A stretch of 60,357 bases of DNA, counting the filler, from Sphacelaria rigidula (taxonomy: Eukaryota), in the NCBI GenBank assembly GCA_964200075.2. It is 8 parts of 8 records of this genome, joined end to end, with 100 filler letters (N's around TTAATTAATTAA, not from the genome) between each part and the next. Parts side by side here need not be neighbours in the genome. Positions count along the whole stretch, not along the records: positions 30,233 to 37,689 come from CAXNAA020014835.1; positions 37,790 to 45,245 come from CAXNAA020014836.1; positions 45,346 to 52,801 come from CAXNAA020014837.1; 5 more parts are not named here. One strand, 5' to 3'. This document shows, piece by piece, positions 36,071 to 48,400 of the stretch. Numbering within the stretch: position 1 is the first letter of the stretch; every line of letters begins with the position of its first letter. A model generated the notes under the pieces. The model was given only the letters and a program-made list of their open reading frames with translations. It was not told the DNA's origin and ran no database searches. A program made the translations under genes and the position numbers.

Positions 36071-37074
36071 CATTGTTGTCTTCACATTAGATCCCGTCCA
36101 GATATCTGCGCGGTACATTCGTACTGGGCATCTGATGCGGACGCCTTCCGTGGTCACAGGCTAGCTACCTCTAATAAGGTATAAGACCATCTTATATGAC
36201 AACCAATCCGTATTTGTGCAAATATGAGGATTTCAGCCCGTCTACGTCCGATTTTCTCCCGTGGATTGATTTGTCAGACCCCAGTCCGTTGGGCAATGTT
36301 TTCTGTCTAGCTCTGACGAAACCAGATCAATTCTCCGATTCTCTGGACGCTGACTTTTGGTTTATCACATTTCTGCTCAGATCGGGAGACTCCGGCTCCA
36401 CACCCATAGTTTAACCTCTGCATTGAACCAAATAAAACTCATTGAATACTATTACGTAAGTCGTGATCATTTTTTGCGTCACGTACAGCAAAAACAAAAA
36501 CTCGTAACAGCTGTGATTTGGTGCCGATAATATGGGGACATATCTCTTGGTATACCAGGAGTTCAGCAACAATCCATGGCTTGAATGAAGCTCTAAAGAT
36601 AGGACACAAATGAAATATTTCAACTACTGCCTATCGCGACAGCATCTGACATAAATTTCCTTCTGAAGATGGAGAAAATGCTGTCCGAAATTTCCGCTTG
36701 GTGGTGTCTTCCTCTGCACATGTTTTTGGCCTTTTTTTGTCTGGGTAGCAGTTGGTACTGCTGGGACGCGCACACCGCTTTTCGGCGCTGAAGAAACACT
36801 CATTGCAGAAGAGCTCAATGTGTCGGTATGGGGGTGATGTGCGTAAAAAATGGGTGATGACATCGTGGCGCGACAGTTCGAGGGAAAACAACTTATCAAT
36901 AAAAAAAGTATGAAAAAATTATGTTGGCGGTTCCGCGCTAGTTTTCGCCGGAGTACAGTACAGTAGTAGTACGGGGCATCGCGGGTTGTGCCACCTCGGA
37001 GAGTCCTGCGGTACTTTATTCCCAAGAGGATATCGCCGTCATTCATGACTTTTTTCGGACACCCACTTTAACTT

Positions 37075-37650
37075 TTGGACGAATTATCGATTCGTCGAGC
37101 AGCCAACGAAACACCTATATCTGAAAACACACACCGACGATCTCTGAGAAACAAGGTAGTAGTATATTTCCAGTTCATCGCCAGGACAGCGGAGTTGCCC
37201 CGCAGGTAGGACCAGGTAATGCTCCATAGCAGCACATCAAGTCCTTGGAAATGGAATGAGATAAGGGGTGTGACTAAATCTACATCAGGAGCTCGTCTGG
37301 CGAGCTGTTGCGGGACAAGCAACGTCCTATAGAGGTGGAAAGGGTGGTTCGAGAGAAGCTTCTGGACGTAATCTCTTCTGGACGTAATCTCGTCTACGCT
37401 CGACAACTTTGCCATCGATTCCATTGAACAGATGCCGGCGAACGAAGCGCTCGCGGCCGAGCCCCCGATGAAAGAAGTGAAGGAAGCATCGGGCAAGCTG
37501 GCAAACGGTCAGACCGTTTCGACTTAAAACCTGCGTGACGAGCTATTCATGCTCGGTCTCACCGAGGACTCTGCTACAACGGAGTGCCTCCACAACTTCG
37601 TGCTAACGGTGTGGCGTTTGGAAGTAGTGCCACAGGAACGTGATCCTACG
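37075..37650 (+). mobile_element. Decayed RTE-like LINE fragment (pre-RT region)
   Basis: NVL*RWKGWFER..IDSIEQMPANEALAAEPPMKEVKEASGKLANGQ..ELFMLGL..TVWRLEVVPQE. Confidence 0.85.
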
Positions 37651-37689
37651 ATGGGGGGGCTGGGGGGGGGGGGGGTGTACTAATAATCA

Positions 37690-37789
37690 NNNNNNNNNNN
37701 NNNNNNNNNNNNNNNNNNNNNNNNNNNNNNNNNTTAATTAATTAANNNNNNNNNNNNNNNNNNNNNNNNNNNNNNNNNNNNNNNNNNNN
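37690..37789. other. Artificial scaffold linker
   Basis: N44-TTAATTAATTAA-N44. Confidence 0.99.
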
Positions 37790-38167
37790 ATTGTTAGGTT
37801 TGCCGGCAGGATTTTGCACCAATGTGCGAGGTAAGCGTTTTGTCCATTAATGATGCAGACACACCCGGCCGCTGGAAGCCATGAAAAGCCTACTCTCGAT
37901 CGTATCGTAGATTCTCAATCTCACGAAAACAATGTTTTATGTGAAAGCACGCCATCGTATGTTCGCTCGTTGTACATCTCAGCAAGGACAACATGTGCAG
38001 TATGTTTGCATCAAACTATTTTATATGCGATGATCCTGACCTCTGCAGGTCATTGCGTATGTTGGAGGGGGGTAGGGATGATGCAGGTTATTTCTACCTG
38101 CAGGCGCCCAGAGGTGTTCTGGTTGTACCCAACAAGATGTTTTGCTAGCTGCCTGCCTCTTATGCCC

Positions 38168-38760
38168 CACGCCCAATGCTGACTGATGACAGCACACAGT
38201 GGCCTCTCGTGTAGGATACAAAGAGATACAAAGTCTCCGTCTCTCTCTCTTGACTTGGCACCGCCGCTTATCCCAATCGTCGCTGGAACAAAATCACCCC
38301 TCCTTCTGTTCGCAAGCGTTCAATGATAAAAACACACGTCTTCAGCGAAAGTCTTGATTGAATCAGAGCTGCCTGCCTGAACTTGACTGGCGGCCATAAA
38401 TGTCACCTATCGATTTCGAACTCGATTTGAGGCACATCTACCTGCGCCAGTGCTGTTCTGATTGCACAGAAAATGTTGTGCTAGAAGCCTGCCCCTTGCG
38501 GCTCACGCCCAATGCTGACTGATGACAGCACACAGTGGCCTCTCATGTAGTACACAAAGAGAGACGAAGTCTCCGTCCCTCTATCTTGGCTTGGCACCGC
38601 CCCCCATCCCAATCGCCGTGGGAACACAATCATCCCTCCTTCTTCTGTTTGCAAGATTTTAATGAAAAAGACACAACCCTTCAACGAAAGTCTTGGTCGA
38701 CCCAGAGTAACCTGCCTGAACTCAACTGGCGGCCATATGCGACGTTTCGATTTCGACCCC
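38168..38760. repeat. Direct repeat of ~255 bp, period ~336
   Basis: CACGCCCAATGCTGACTGATGACAGCACACAGTGGCCTCTC is identical at 38168 and 38504. The rest is colinear but diverged. Confidence 0.85.
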
Positions 38761-39356
38761 GTGCCCAAAACGAGGATTCGATCCTGATCTCACGAACATG
38801 TTCAAGACGATACACACCTTTATTTTTGTTGTGTTCCGTAGATGCATCCTGTCTTATCGAAGTTGGCGTGAAGCAAGGACAGAACCGCAGTAAAGGAGGA
38901 GTGTAGTTCGTAGCCCGCAAAACAGAGGATCCTCGAAAATGGGGTTGAAAATCAAAATGAGGTTCAAGTTGCGTTCCGAAAATGGTTTCGTGCGAAACCG
39001 TTATGCAAGGTAAAGCATCTCCAACAACGTTTTCGTGAAATTGAAAGTTGAAGGTATGATTGAGAGTGGAAAGCGGTCAATGAGTGAAAAAGCCGTTTCA
39101 GTTCCGAAATGCACCTCCACCAGGCCCAGTATTCTCTCTGTAGTAGCTTGCCAGTGAGGCCCTCGATATCCCTGAGGAGGATATCAACGTGTAGCTGTAA
39201 GCACACGGTAATGATGAGACGAAGAAAGCACACACGGAATAAAAAATTGGCCAAGTTAAAGCGAATGATCAAAGCCAATCGCAATCCGCACCCGACTCTC
39301 AATCTCACGAAAACCTTGTTCTCCGCAAAAACGTTTATGTCGCAGTTAAGCATGTA

Positions 39357-40338
39357 CTTCCTCTGTCCCATAAGTAAAGGTACCAAAATTTGTACGGGCC
39401 CTTAACGATGTCGGATCGTTTTATTTTATTTTATGAACTCTACGGTGTTTTTTTAGTCGAGAAAATGTGTTCAAAATTTGCAGCTCGTGCTTGAACCATG
39501 CCGCCGAACGGCTGCAAAAAAAGTAGTCGGCCCCAAAATGGCCGTTTTTTGCCTCTTTCCGAGGGGAAAAAAGTGTCGATTTTTTTGTTTTCAATCGCCC
39601 CTGCCTTCACTGGGGCTTGCTGCCAGGAAGCCCCACGCGATTGAAAATAAATCAGGAAAAAAAATCAACACTTTTTTCCCCCTCAACACGAGATATTACA
39701 AATTGGGGATGGATCTTTTATTGGGGATGAGAAACCGGGAGAAAAGAAATACTCGTATCCACACCAAATCGTCGAAATATGATTCCATTTCTTCACCTAC
39801 TGATAGTTATTGACAACTGCTACACGCCATAGAATTTTGGATTTCGATCACCGAAAGGTTGGGGTCCTAGGTAAAAAACCAATTTTCGGGAATTCCGGGT
39901 GTCCGAACGGACGCCGAAATGGTTCCGAAATTGGTTCTTCACCTAGAACCCCAACATTTCGGTGATCGAAATCGAAAATTCTATGGCGTGTAGCAGTTGT
40001 CAATAGCTATCAGTAGGTGAAGAAAGGGGACCACATTTCGACGATTTGGTGTGGATACGAAGATTTTTTTTCTCCGGGTTTCCCATCCCCAATAAAAGAC
40101 TCATCCTCAATTTGTAAGATCCCGTGTTCCTCGGAAAGGGGCAAAAAACGGCCATTTCGGGGCCGACCACTTTTTTTGCAGCCGTTCGGCGGCATGGTTC
40201 AAGCACGAGCTGCAAATTTTAAACACATTTCCTTAACCCAAAAAACACCGTAGAGTTCATTAAAAAGAAGAAAAAACGATCGGACATCGTTAAGGGCCCG
40301 TACAAATTGAGGTACCTTTACTCATGGGACAGAGGAAG
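39357..40338. mobile_element. Stowaway-like (Tc1/mariner) full-length foldback MITE, 982 bp
   Basis: TA|CTTCCTCTGTCCCATAAGTAAAGGTACC at the left end and GGTACCTTTACTCATGGGACAGAGGAAG|TA at the right end. The arms pair to the centre near 39900. Confidence 0.92.
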
Positions 40339-40399
40339 TATGGCTAGGTGCACCGAATGAATGCGGTGTACACGCGTGTCGGTGACGATGCCACCGGAG

Positions 40400-40810
40400 G
40401 GGCAACGGCGTAGAGGAAGCTTCTTGCCCATGTTTTTTGTGTGTCCTCGTTCGGCGATTCCCAAACGCTGGAGAGATTGGCATTATGTTACCAGCACATA
40501 CCCAATTTGTCATGTGCCGGCAGGCGGGTTATTGCTGCACAGGCCCCCGAAGATCGAGATTCCAACGGCCGTCGTATCATGTCTGTGGCGCTGACTAATT
40601 CAAATATCGAGTACTCTCTGTCTCTGCTCTCTTTTTGGACAGGACGGGCCTCTGTGCGCTGCAGAACATGTCGTCCAAAAGCATGGCAATGTTCCGTCAC
40701 CGCTGCTGTTGTCACAAACACATATGCGAGCAAGGACGGAGATGCGTCAATAAGATCCAATCGCAACTTGGGGGTGTTATTGCCATCGTTGATTTTGCCC
40801 GACGTGTGCA
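40400..40810 (+). repeat. Unclassified dispersed repeat (inverted homolog at 59975-60357)
   Basis: Shared blocks: TTTGTGTGTCCTCG.TCGGCGATT, CTCTTTTTGGACAGGACG.GCCTCTGTGC, AACTTGGGGGT and CATCGTTGATTTT.CCCGAC. Confidence 0.8.
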
Positions 40811-43676
40811 CAACAAGAGCAAGAGTTTGCCACATCCCAGTTGGAGAGATGTATGAGGGATCAAACAGTCGTGGAAACCTTCTTGGCATCCGGAGTGAAA
40901 AAAAGTACTTCTGACGGTGACCTAATTGTTGCTGGCGTGATCCATATGGGGGCTGCCATTATAAAATGTGAGTTTTTCTAATGTACAGTCGATCGCGTGC
41001 TCAGCAGGGGGGGGGGTGTATGTGTGTGTATGTGTGTGTGTAGCAAGGGCCAAAAATTACCATGTGAGGACATCCCAAGCTTAGGCAAGATACAACAGCT
41101 TGGATACGAGTTCGAGGTTTAACATTTGGGAGAGGTTGAAGTGGTCATCGAAATTCCGTTCAGTTTGTCCAATAGGCTCGGGGTAGGCAAGCAATTTCGG
41201 CAATGGCACTTGTGCCAGAAGCTTTTATACGGCAGCCCAAGCATGATAAGCAGTTCAAAAAAAAAACGTCTGGGCGCGGCGTTTTCTCAACAGGACGTGC
41301 CTCTAAGCGCTACAGAACACGTAGCAGGGCGATATCCCAGTCGCGCAACTGCCGCTGACACAAGTACGGTGCTGGCCGTTTGCCTACATGCACATTTTCG
41401 AAGTGAAGGGCAGGGAAAATGTTGCAGCGAGGTACTGGCCTGCTGCGGCAAAGGTTGTGATGTTATGCCCTTTGTGCTGCGCCGACACCAGTGTGAGCTA
41501 CCGTAACTCCTCCTGTTGTAGCGTCTACAGCTCGTGAAGTGGTGGACATATTTAAGCGCATAGCTGATCGAAAGTCAGCATGCTGAAAACAAACTTCTTT
41601 GGATTATAATAAAGCCTAAAAATCCACGAAGTGATTGTCGCAACAACTATTAATAGAGCGTGATACTGTAACGTAATTATTTTAATTCTAAATTAGCACC
41701 CACCACGCTTCCTTTTTACACATACACACAGAAACACACACACACACACACGCATGCCCCCCTCAGGCGGAATAAATAGAACGTGACGAGCACGCGCCGT
41801 TCAAACCAACGGCAGCGGCGAGCCGCGCATAGAAGCCATCGACGTGGAAACCCGTAAGAGCAATCGAAAAACGATGCCTTCTTTCGAACCTAGTTGGAAC
41901 TTGACCGACTGTACAGAATTCTCGACCGAAACACACAAAATCCAGCCACGAAACTGTTCATGTATATAGTTATGGCCAACCTCTCCACGTGCTTACATTA
42001 CATATAGCATGATAACACACACGAAATCACACAGACAAAAGGGCCAGGAGGGGGTGGGGGGGGAGTGCTGTATCACACAACGCCTAAATTCACTGTATTC
42101 GAATCATCAGGTTTATAAAATAAAATAAAACAACACAGAGAGAATAGGGAGATGTGCCCAAGCTCGTGAATTCACGTGCGACACGTTTCATGCATCAAAG
42201 TATGGTTGCAGTCACAAGTGTATCGTTCTGGCCTTTAAAAGCCCTCTTCATTCAGTCACGACACAACAAGCAGCCATTTTCAATTCTTCGCTGTGCCTTG
42301 ACCTCTATACTGCGATCACACACAAGACAAAAACAAGATCCAAAACCATTTGTGAGATTTCATATCGACCCCTCTCTGTCGGCAGCTTCATCAACAACAA
42401 AAACACCGAAATCCAAAGAAATCGTGTTTTCTCCCAACAAATTCCACGCTGTTTTTTTTCTTCGTAACACAAAACATCAAACCAAACAACTACAGGAAGC
42501 AGCAACAGTAATTTATATAGATACATCGATGAATTTCATGACCTAAACAAAAATAGCACCCACTCTATCCTTGCTGCTGCTTCAATCTCTTGATGATCAT
42601 GGACACCCTAGCGGGATCTATCTGCGGGACCTCGTCGCCCACAGTATTGCGAATCTTGGCAGCTAAGCTCAAATCTCGGTACTTTTCCAATAAGCACATG
42701 AGATGCCGCGCGTCCAGCCGTGGGTATGCTCGCGAAAATCGTTCCTCATCAACGGCGATGTCGATGTTGTTTCTGTAGTGGATAATAACCGTGGCGGAGG
42801 GGGCGAGAGAACGGGTGGAGCGTCATTCCGGGTAAATACGAGCTGGGCCAGCAGTAAATCCCGCGTTCGCTTTCCACACCACAACTTCTCGGGTTTCCCA
42901 AATCAGCGCGACTTGAGCATATCGCTGTAACTGCAAACCAACCTGAAAACACACGGCACCGCCGCTGGTCGATTGGCGCAGCTTCGGCGATGATGTTATT
43001 GTACTGCATTGAGTACCGGGTACGCCTCGTGTCGTTGCGTGATGGCGTTTCTGGAGATGTTTCGTTTCACAAAATGCGGTGCAATTACGGTAGACAGTTG
43101 CGCCGCGCAGGCACACGAACACCCGATATGCGCGCAAAAGCCCACTGGTAGGGCTGCAAGATGGTATCAAGCTCGCCAACAGATCCATCATGGGAGAGGA
43201 GACGACTGCCATATATCACTTGAAACTGCGCTATACCCCCCCCGAAAGCAAGACCGTCACCAAAACAGCGAGGCCCCTTGCAACCTGGGAGGAAGGAGAG
43301 CTTATGCACTATATACGGCATGCACCAAAATAAATGCCGTATCGGAATTTGAACTCATGACCTGTTTCATTGGAGACTGTTGTATCCGTCTGACCAGCGG
43401 GGCACAGCCGTGTCACACGAAAAGTGCGATGCGACGCCCAATTTGAAATATTTTCGGCCGAAACTTTAGGAGGGTCTCCTGGGCGCAAGTGCCCATAACA
43501 TTGTTGGCGGAGCAACCGTGTTCATCATTTTTTAAACAGATTTATAGCATTTTTCCTGTTTTTGTTGAATCTTCGAATCGCTCTAACTTTCTGTTGTTGT
43601 TGTTTTTTCTTGGCACCCCTAACAATCTTGCTCGTGTTGACAAAAAAAAATGTCGTGTCAAAATTTCAGCTCCTAA

Positions 43677-44157
43677 GACCGCTCCTCATGATAGACAAAA
43701 AAACAAATCTGGAAAAGCGCCTTTTTCGAACTTTTACGTTGTTTTACGCCCCAAAAGAGAGCTAGGCGGAGTTTGGCACCTTGGAATGACTTGCTCTACT
43801 AGTTGTGGCGGTTCCAGGACATCTTCCCGTTTAGCGGTGGCCGCAGTTTTTTATTTTGGCCAAACATTTTTTTTTCGTCAAAGAACGGTAAAAAACAGTC
43901 AAATCTAGAAAAAATCGCCACTTTTCTCTCGACATGACTGTTTTTCACCGTTCTTGGATAAAAATTCTTGTTTAGCTAAGATGAAAACTGCGGCCACCGG
44001 AAAACGGGAACATGTCCTGGAACCGCCTCAACAAGTAGAGCAAGTCATTGCAAGGTGTCAAACTCCACCCAGCTCTCTTCTGGGGCGTAAAACGACGTGA
44101 AAGCTCCAAAAAGGCATTTTTCCAGATTTGTATTCTTGTCTATTATAAGGAGCGGCC
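43677..44157. mobile_element. Tourist/Harbinger-like foldback MITE, 481 bp
   Basis: TAA|GACCGCTCCTCATGATAGACAA at the left end and TTGTCTATTATAAGGAGCGGCC|TAA at the right end. The arms pair to the centre near 43918. Confidence 0.88.
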
Positions 44158-44708
44158 TAACTCTTCGAATTACCAATCGTATCGCCTGGATACATTAAAA
44201 AATCACCGTCAGATGGCCCAGCTCGTACACGTGTGTCTGTGTGGGTCGGTGATAAATGGCGCGCACTATTGGTCCTGCGATACAGCATATCGATAGACAT
44301 CGCGCCCTGGACAATGATCGCGTTGTGTCAAAACGTGTATTGCGTATATTCCATTCTGTACGCAGTACAACTTTTGACACAACGTAACCTTTTCGTCATT
44401 ATCCATAGCGTGATCGATACCGAGAGGAACACGACCTGCCCCGACCGCCTTTTGCAGAGCACACATAGCCAAGACTTATCTGCCCCCACAAAAAAGCACG
44501 GGCCTTCCAACACAGCAGGGACTGAGGACATACCCTTTTGAGGCCTTGATTATGATTGACAGGAATCCATCATGGTAGATGCAGAACGAAAAGCAGCTAG
44601 CCTTCACAATAAATTTCGAACAAGAGTTGCGGGTAGAAATTGCACCAGGACCAGAATGCGACCTCTCGATAATGACTTCAATGGAGGGGAGAAGAAAAAT
44701 GGGTGGGC

Positions 44709-45245
44709 GGGGGGGGGGGGGGGGGTAGTCATTTGTTGCTTGCTTTGGGCATTTGACAATTGGCCACGCACCCCTTTTGGGGCGGAGCACCGTTNNNNNN
44801 NNNNGCCTTAGTCATTTGACCATTGACCACGCATCCCTTTCGAGACGGAGCACCGTTCCTATTCCTAACAGAGACACCTTTAACATTTTGGTGCTCATTA
44901 CGTTCCTCCCGTACATCACACAAAAACCGTTGACATATCTTATCCCCGTCCTGTTTCGTAGTCTCTGGCCACCATTTACCTCCTGGTATAGCCATCGTTT
45001 TCTCCCTACTGTCTCATGCATGAAACGATTTCATGCCACCTTCGTTCACGTGCAGCATTTTCCCTCTAGCACGTCCCGTTCCTCCTTGTAGAGTTCACAT
45101 TCTGCAACTATATGACTTCTGCTCTCTATTGCTTCGCCACAGGGGAAATTCTGTGCATCTCTTGCCTCCTCCTCTCGGAGAGGGGGGGGAGGGGATATAC
45201 TCATGATCATGCATGCCATAGTCATCAGACCATTGACCTCGCATC
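44709..45245 (-). mobile_element. Stacked LINE 3' fragments (family A with scaffold gap, then family B tail)
   Basis: Encodes WWPETTKQDGDKICQRFL..RNGAPSRKGCVVNGQMTK. Poly-G at 44709-44725; a G-rich tract at 45181-45194 abuts the family B tail. Confidence 0.85.
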
Positions 45246-45345
45246 NNNNNNNNNNNNNNNNNNNNNNNNNNNNNNNNNNNNNNNNNNNNTTAATTAATTA
45301 ANNNNNNNNNNNNNNNNNNNNNNNNNNNNNNNNNNNNNNNNNNNN
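45246..45345. other. Artificial scaffold linker
   Basis: N44-TTAATTAATTAA-N44. Confidence 0.99.
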
Positions 45346-45437
45346 CATCATCGTCAAGCGACGCCAACCCCATCGGGGGTCCGCCCCTACAAAGCTGGGA
45401 CGGAGCACGCCGGGTTCTCGCCGGACCAGGCAGGCTC

Positions 45438-48400
45438 GGGGGGGGTACTCAATTAATGCTTGCCTCAGTCGTTTGACTATTGACCATTGACCACTGACCA
45501 CGCATGCCTTTCGAGACGGAGCACTATCGCACTCCTGATAGAAGTACCTCCAACATATGGGCGCTCATCACACTTCATATACTACACGAAAACTTCCTAC
45601 ACATATTGTCCCCTCCCTGTCTCGCTGTCTGAGGCCACTATCTATCTCCTGGTACAGCCATCGTTTTCTCGCCCCTATCTAATGTATCAAACGATTTCAT
45701 GTCACCTTCGTTTACTCCCCACATTTCCCATTCCAACACATCCCGTTCCCCCTTGTATAGCTCACATTCTGCCACTATGTAAGCTTTACTCTATTGCTTC
45801 GTCACAGGGGTAATCATGTGCATCTACTTCCTTCTCCACTCGACTCCTGGTACATCTCTTTTTTCTCTTTAGCAGGTCCAGGTTCCCCACCCGATATCGC
45901 CGTCTCAATTTTTTAGCGGCGTCGATTGAACCATGCTGAATCTTTTAATTCCTACCCCCTCTCTCAACCTCCCGTATATCTTCAGGTGCTCTTCCTCGTC
46001 TGCTTTCCGTCTGTTTTCCGTCTGTTTTCCGTCGTGGCGCTTCTTTCCCCCCTATTTCTATCATGTCTCTTACTTTTGTGTTGAACCCCCCGCCTTCACC
46101 TATTGACATAATATCATCTTGGTTCCCTCTATTGTCCCTCACACTTTCTCGACTACGCTTTCCCACCTTTTTCCAGCCTGCCCCTTCGTCATTGTCTTCT
46201 ATACAGCCGTGTCATCTATGACTGGCAATATCTTCCTCTGTATATTCCTTACGCTATGTTGTAATTTCAATTTTGTCATGTCTATTGGTTCCAAGTGGGT
46301 ACACTCCAATTCTACTCTCAATGCTGTATTACTCGTCGGTGTTACGCATTCAACTATCTTCTTAGCTTCTGACATCTGTATTGGTTCCAACTTCTTCACG
46401 AACTTCACGTTCTCCTCCCATACTTCTCCGGCATCTTCCAGCTTTGGTACAATCACGTTCATCAGGATACATCTCCTAACCGTAGTACCTACTACGTGCT
46501 GGTCTTTTAAGATCACGTCCATCTTGCCTATCTGTGCCTTACCCGCTTCCATTACTTTAGTTATGATCCCAAGAACAGGTTTTTTATATACCCGCGCCAA
46601 GATATGTACACTGGTCTACGATGAGCAATTCCTCTTCTCTCAACTGCCATTTGAACTCTACCGGGCTTTATCTTCGTTACAAAAGAGTACCGCGCATTTG
46701 TTTAGATTCGCTGTCACTTTCCATTCCTTGGGTATTCTAGCGCCTTTCTCTATTTGCTTTTTCCACTCTTTCGGTGTTTGCGGTATCCCCCCGAAATCAT
46801 CCGCGAACATCAATCTTGATACCATATCTTCCCCCACCTTGACTCCTTGCTTCGCCGCTTCTATTGCTATCATCAGGTCCTTAATAATTACCTTGAATAA
46901 AGCGGGTATTAACGTACATCATTGTGCAACTCCTTGTATGATATCAAGATATTTCGACGTTTCCCCGTCCATCATAGCCCTTTTCAGACATTCTGTCATC
47001 TTCAGCATTCTCCACATTATGTCCCCTTCTGCCAGCTTCCCAAAACCCTTTCAACAGCCCATTTCTTCATACGTCAAGAACCAAACAGTACTTTGTTAGC
47101 CCGGTGTCTTTCCTGCCTCGAATAATTTCATTTCATGTGTACACATGGTCTACGCAACTACGGCTTGGTCTAAAACCTGTTTGCCCCTCGCTGATATTTT
47201 CTTCGTCCTCTAGCATCGCTCCCTCTCTATCGTTCAGAATCTTACAGAATGATTTTGACACTCTGGACAAAGGACACATAAATAGTCAATTGCTTCAGGA
47301 GTAGACACGGGGGAAAATCTACCGATATAGATTGTCGAGCACAATAGATGGTGAAGCACATATTTTGATATGTATTGCAAGGCACAATAGATGTTGCAAG
47401 AGTCGATCAACAGTCTATGGCAATTACACTATATTATCATCACTGGCCATCGGTGGGCATCGTATACCGCAATATATTCCGAGATATATTTTCCGGTAGC
47501 CATTACCGTAATCAATAGATTTGATGAGCCATCTATCGATAGCAATCACCCTGATCAATAGATTTGGTGAGCCATCTATCGGTAGCCTTTGCCGTCATCG
47601 ATGGATTTAGTAAACAATCTATCGATAGCCCCTGCCGTCAACACTAGATTTTGGTGTATCTATCAATAGTTACTGCCGTCAACAATCGATTGTTCTAGGG
47701 AGTATCCATCGATAGCGAGGGACGCCAACGGTAGTTTTTGTGGCAATATATTGCTCACTACAGTTGTCTTATGGCATCGACGGCAATACCCCTCGCACAT
47801 AAACAATCAACTACTTGAGGCATCTGCTGGCCACAGCTTCTGTGGAATAAGGTGGAAACACGCACCAAAAAATGTGCATATATAGCCAGTGATTGACGCC
47901 ATTCAGCTCCTACGGTGGCCAGCAACAAATATTGGTGGCCGTGAATCAGATTCTATTGTGGCCAGCAATAGACATTGGTGGCCGGGATTCAGATCCTGTT
48001 GTGACCAACAACTGTGTATTGGTGGCCGCGTTGCGGATACTACTGTGATTAGCAATAGACATTGGCGGCCGCAATTCAGAGCTTATTGCAGCAAATAACA
48101 TGTACCGATAGACGACTCACCCACTCCGTTGTCACGGCAATGATACATTCTGTCCCTTGTCCCGAATCTATTGTCACCTACAATAGCTGTCGATCGACAG
48201 TGATGTCAGTCGAGTATGATTGATAATGAACATTGACAGTCAAATTATCGAGGCAATCATAACGGAGATGTTGTATGACATAGTTCCTTGTCCAGGGTAT
48301 AAACACACCTTACCCACGCACAAAGTACTAAAAACGCTCATGTCCAACAGAGGGACAACCCTGACTACGAACACCACACCAACAACAAAACTCGTAAACT

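Noticed and set aside
35600..36164. Poly-Thr, poly-Val and poly-Pro ORFs (also 52669-52857)
   Set aside because: They are products of (GTT)n and poly-C runs, and some span N gaps.
46119..47099. 326-aa plus-strand ORF as a membrane-protein gene
   Set aside because: It is the antisense shadow of the purine-rich LINE RT on the minus strand.
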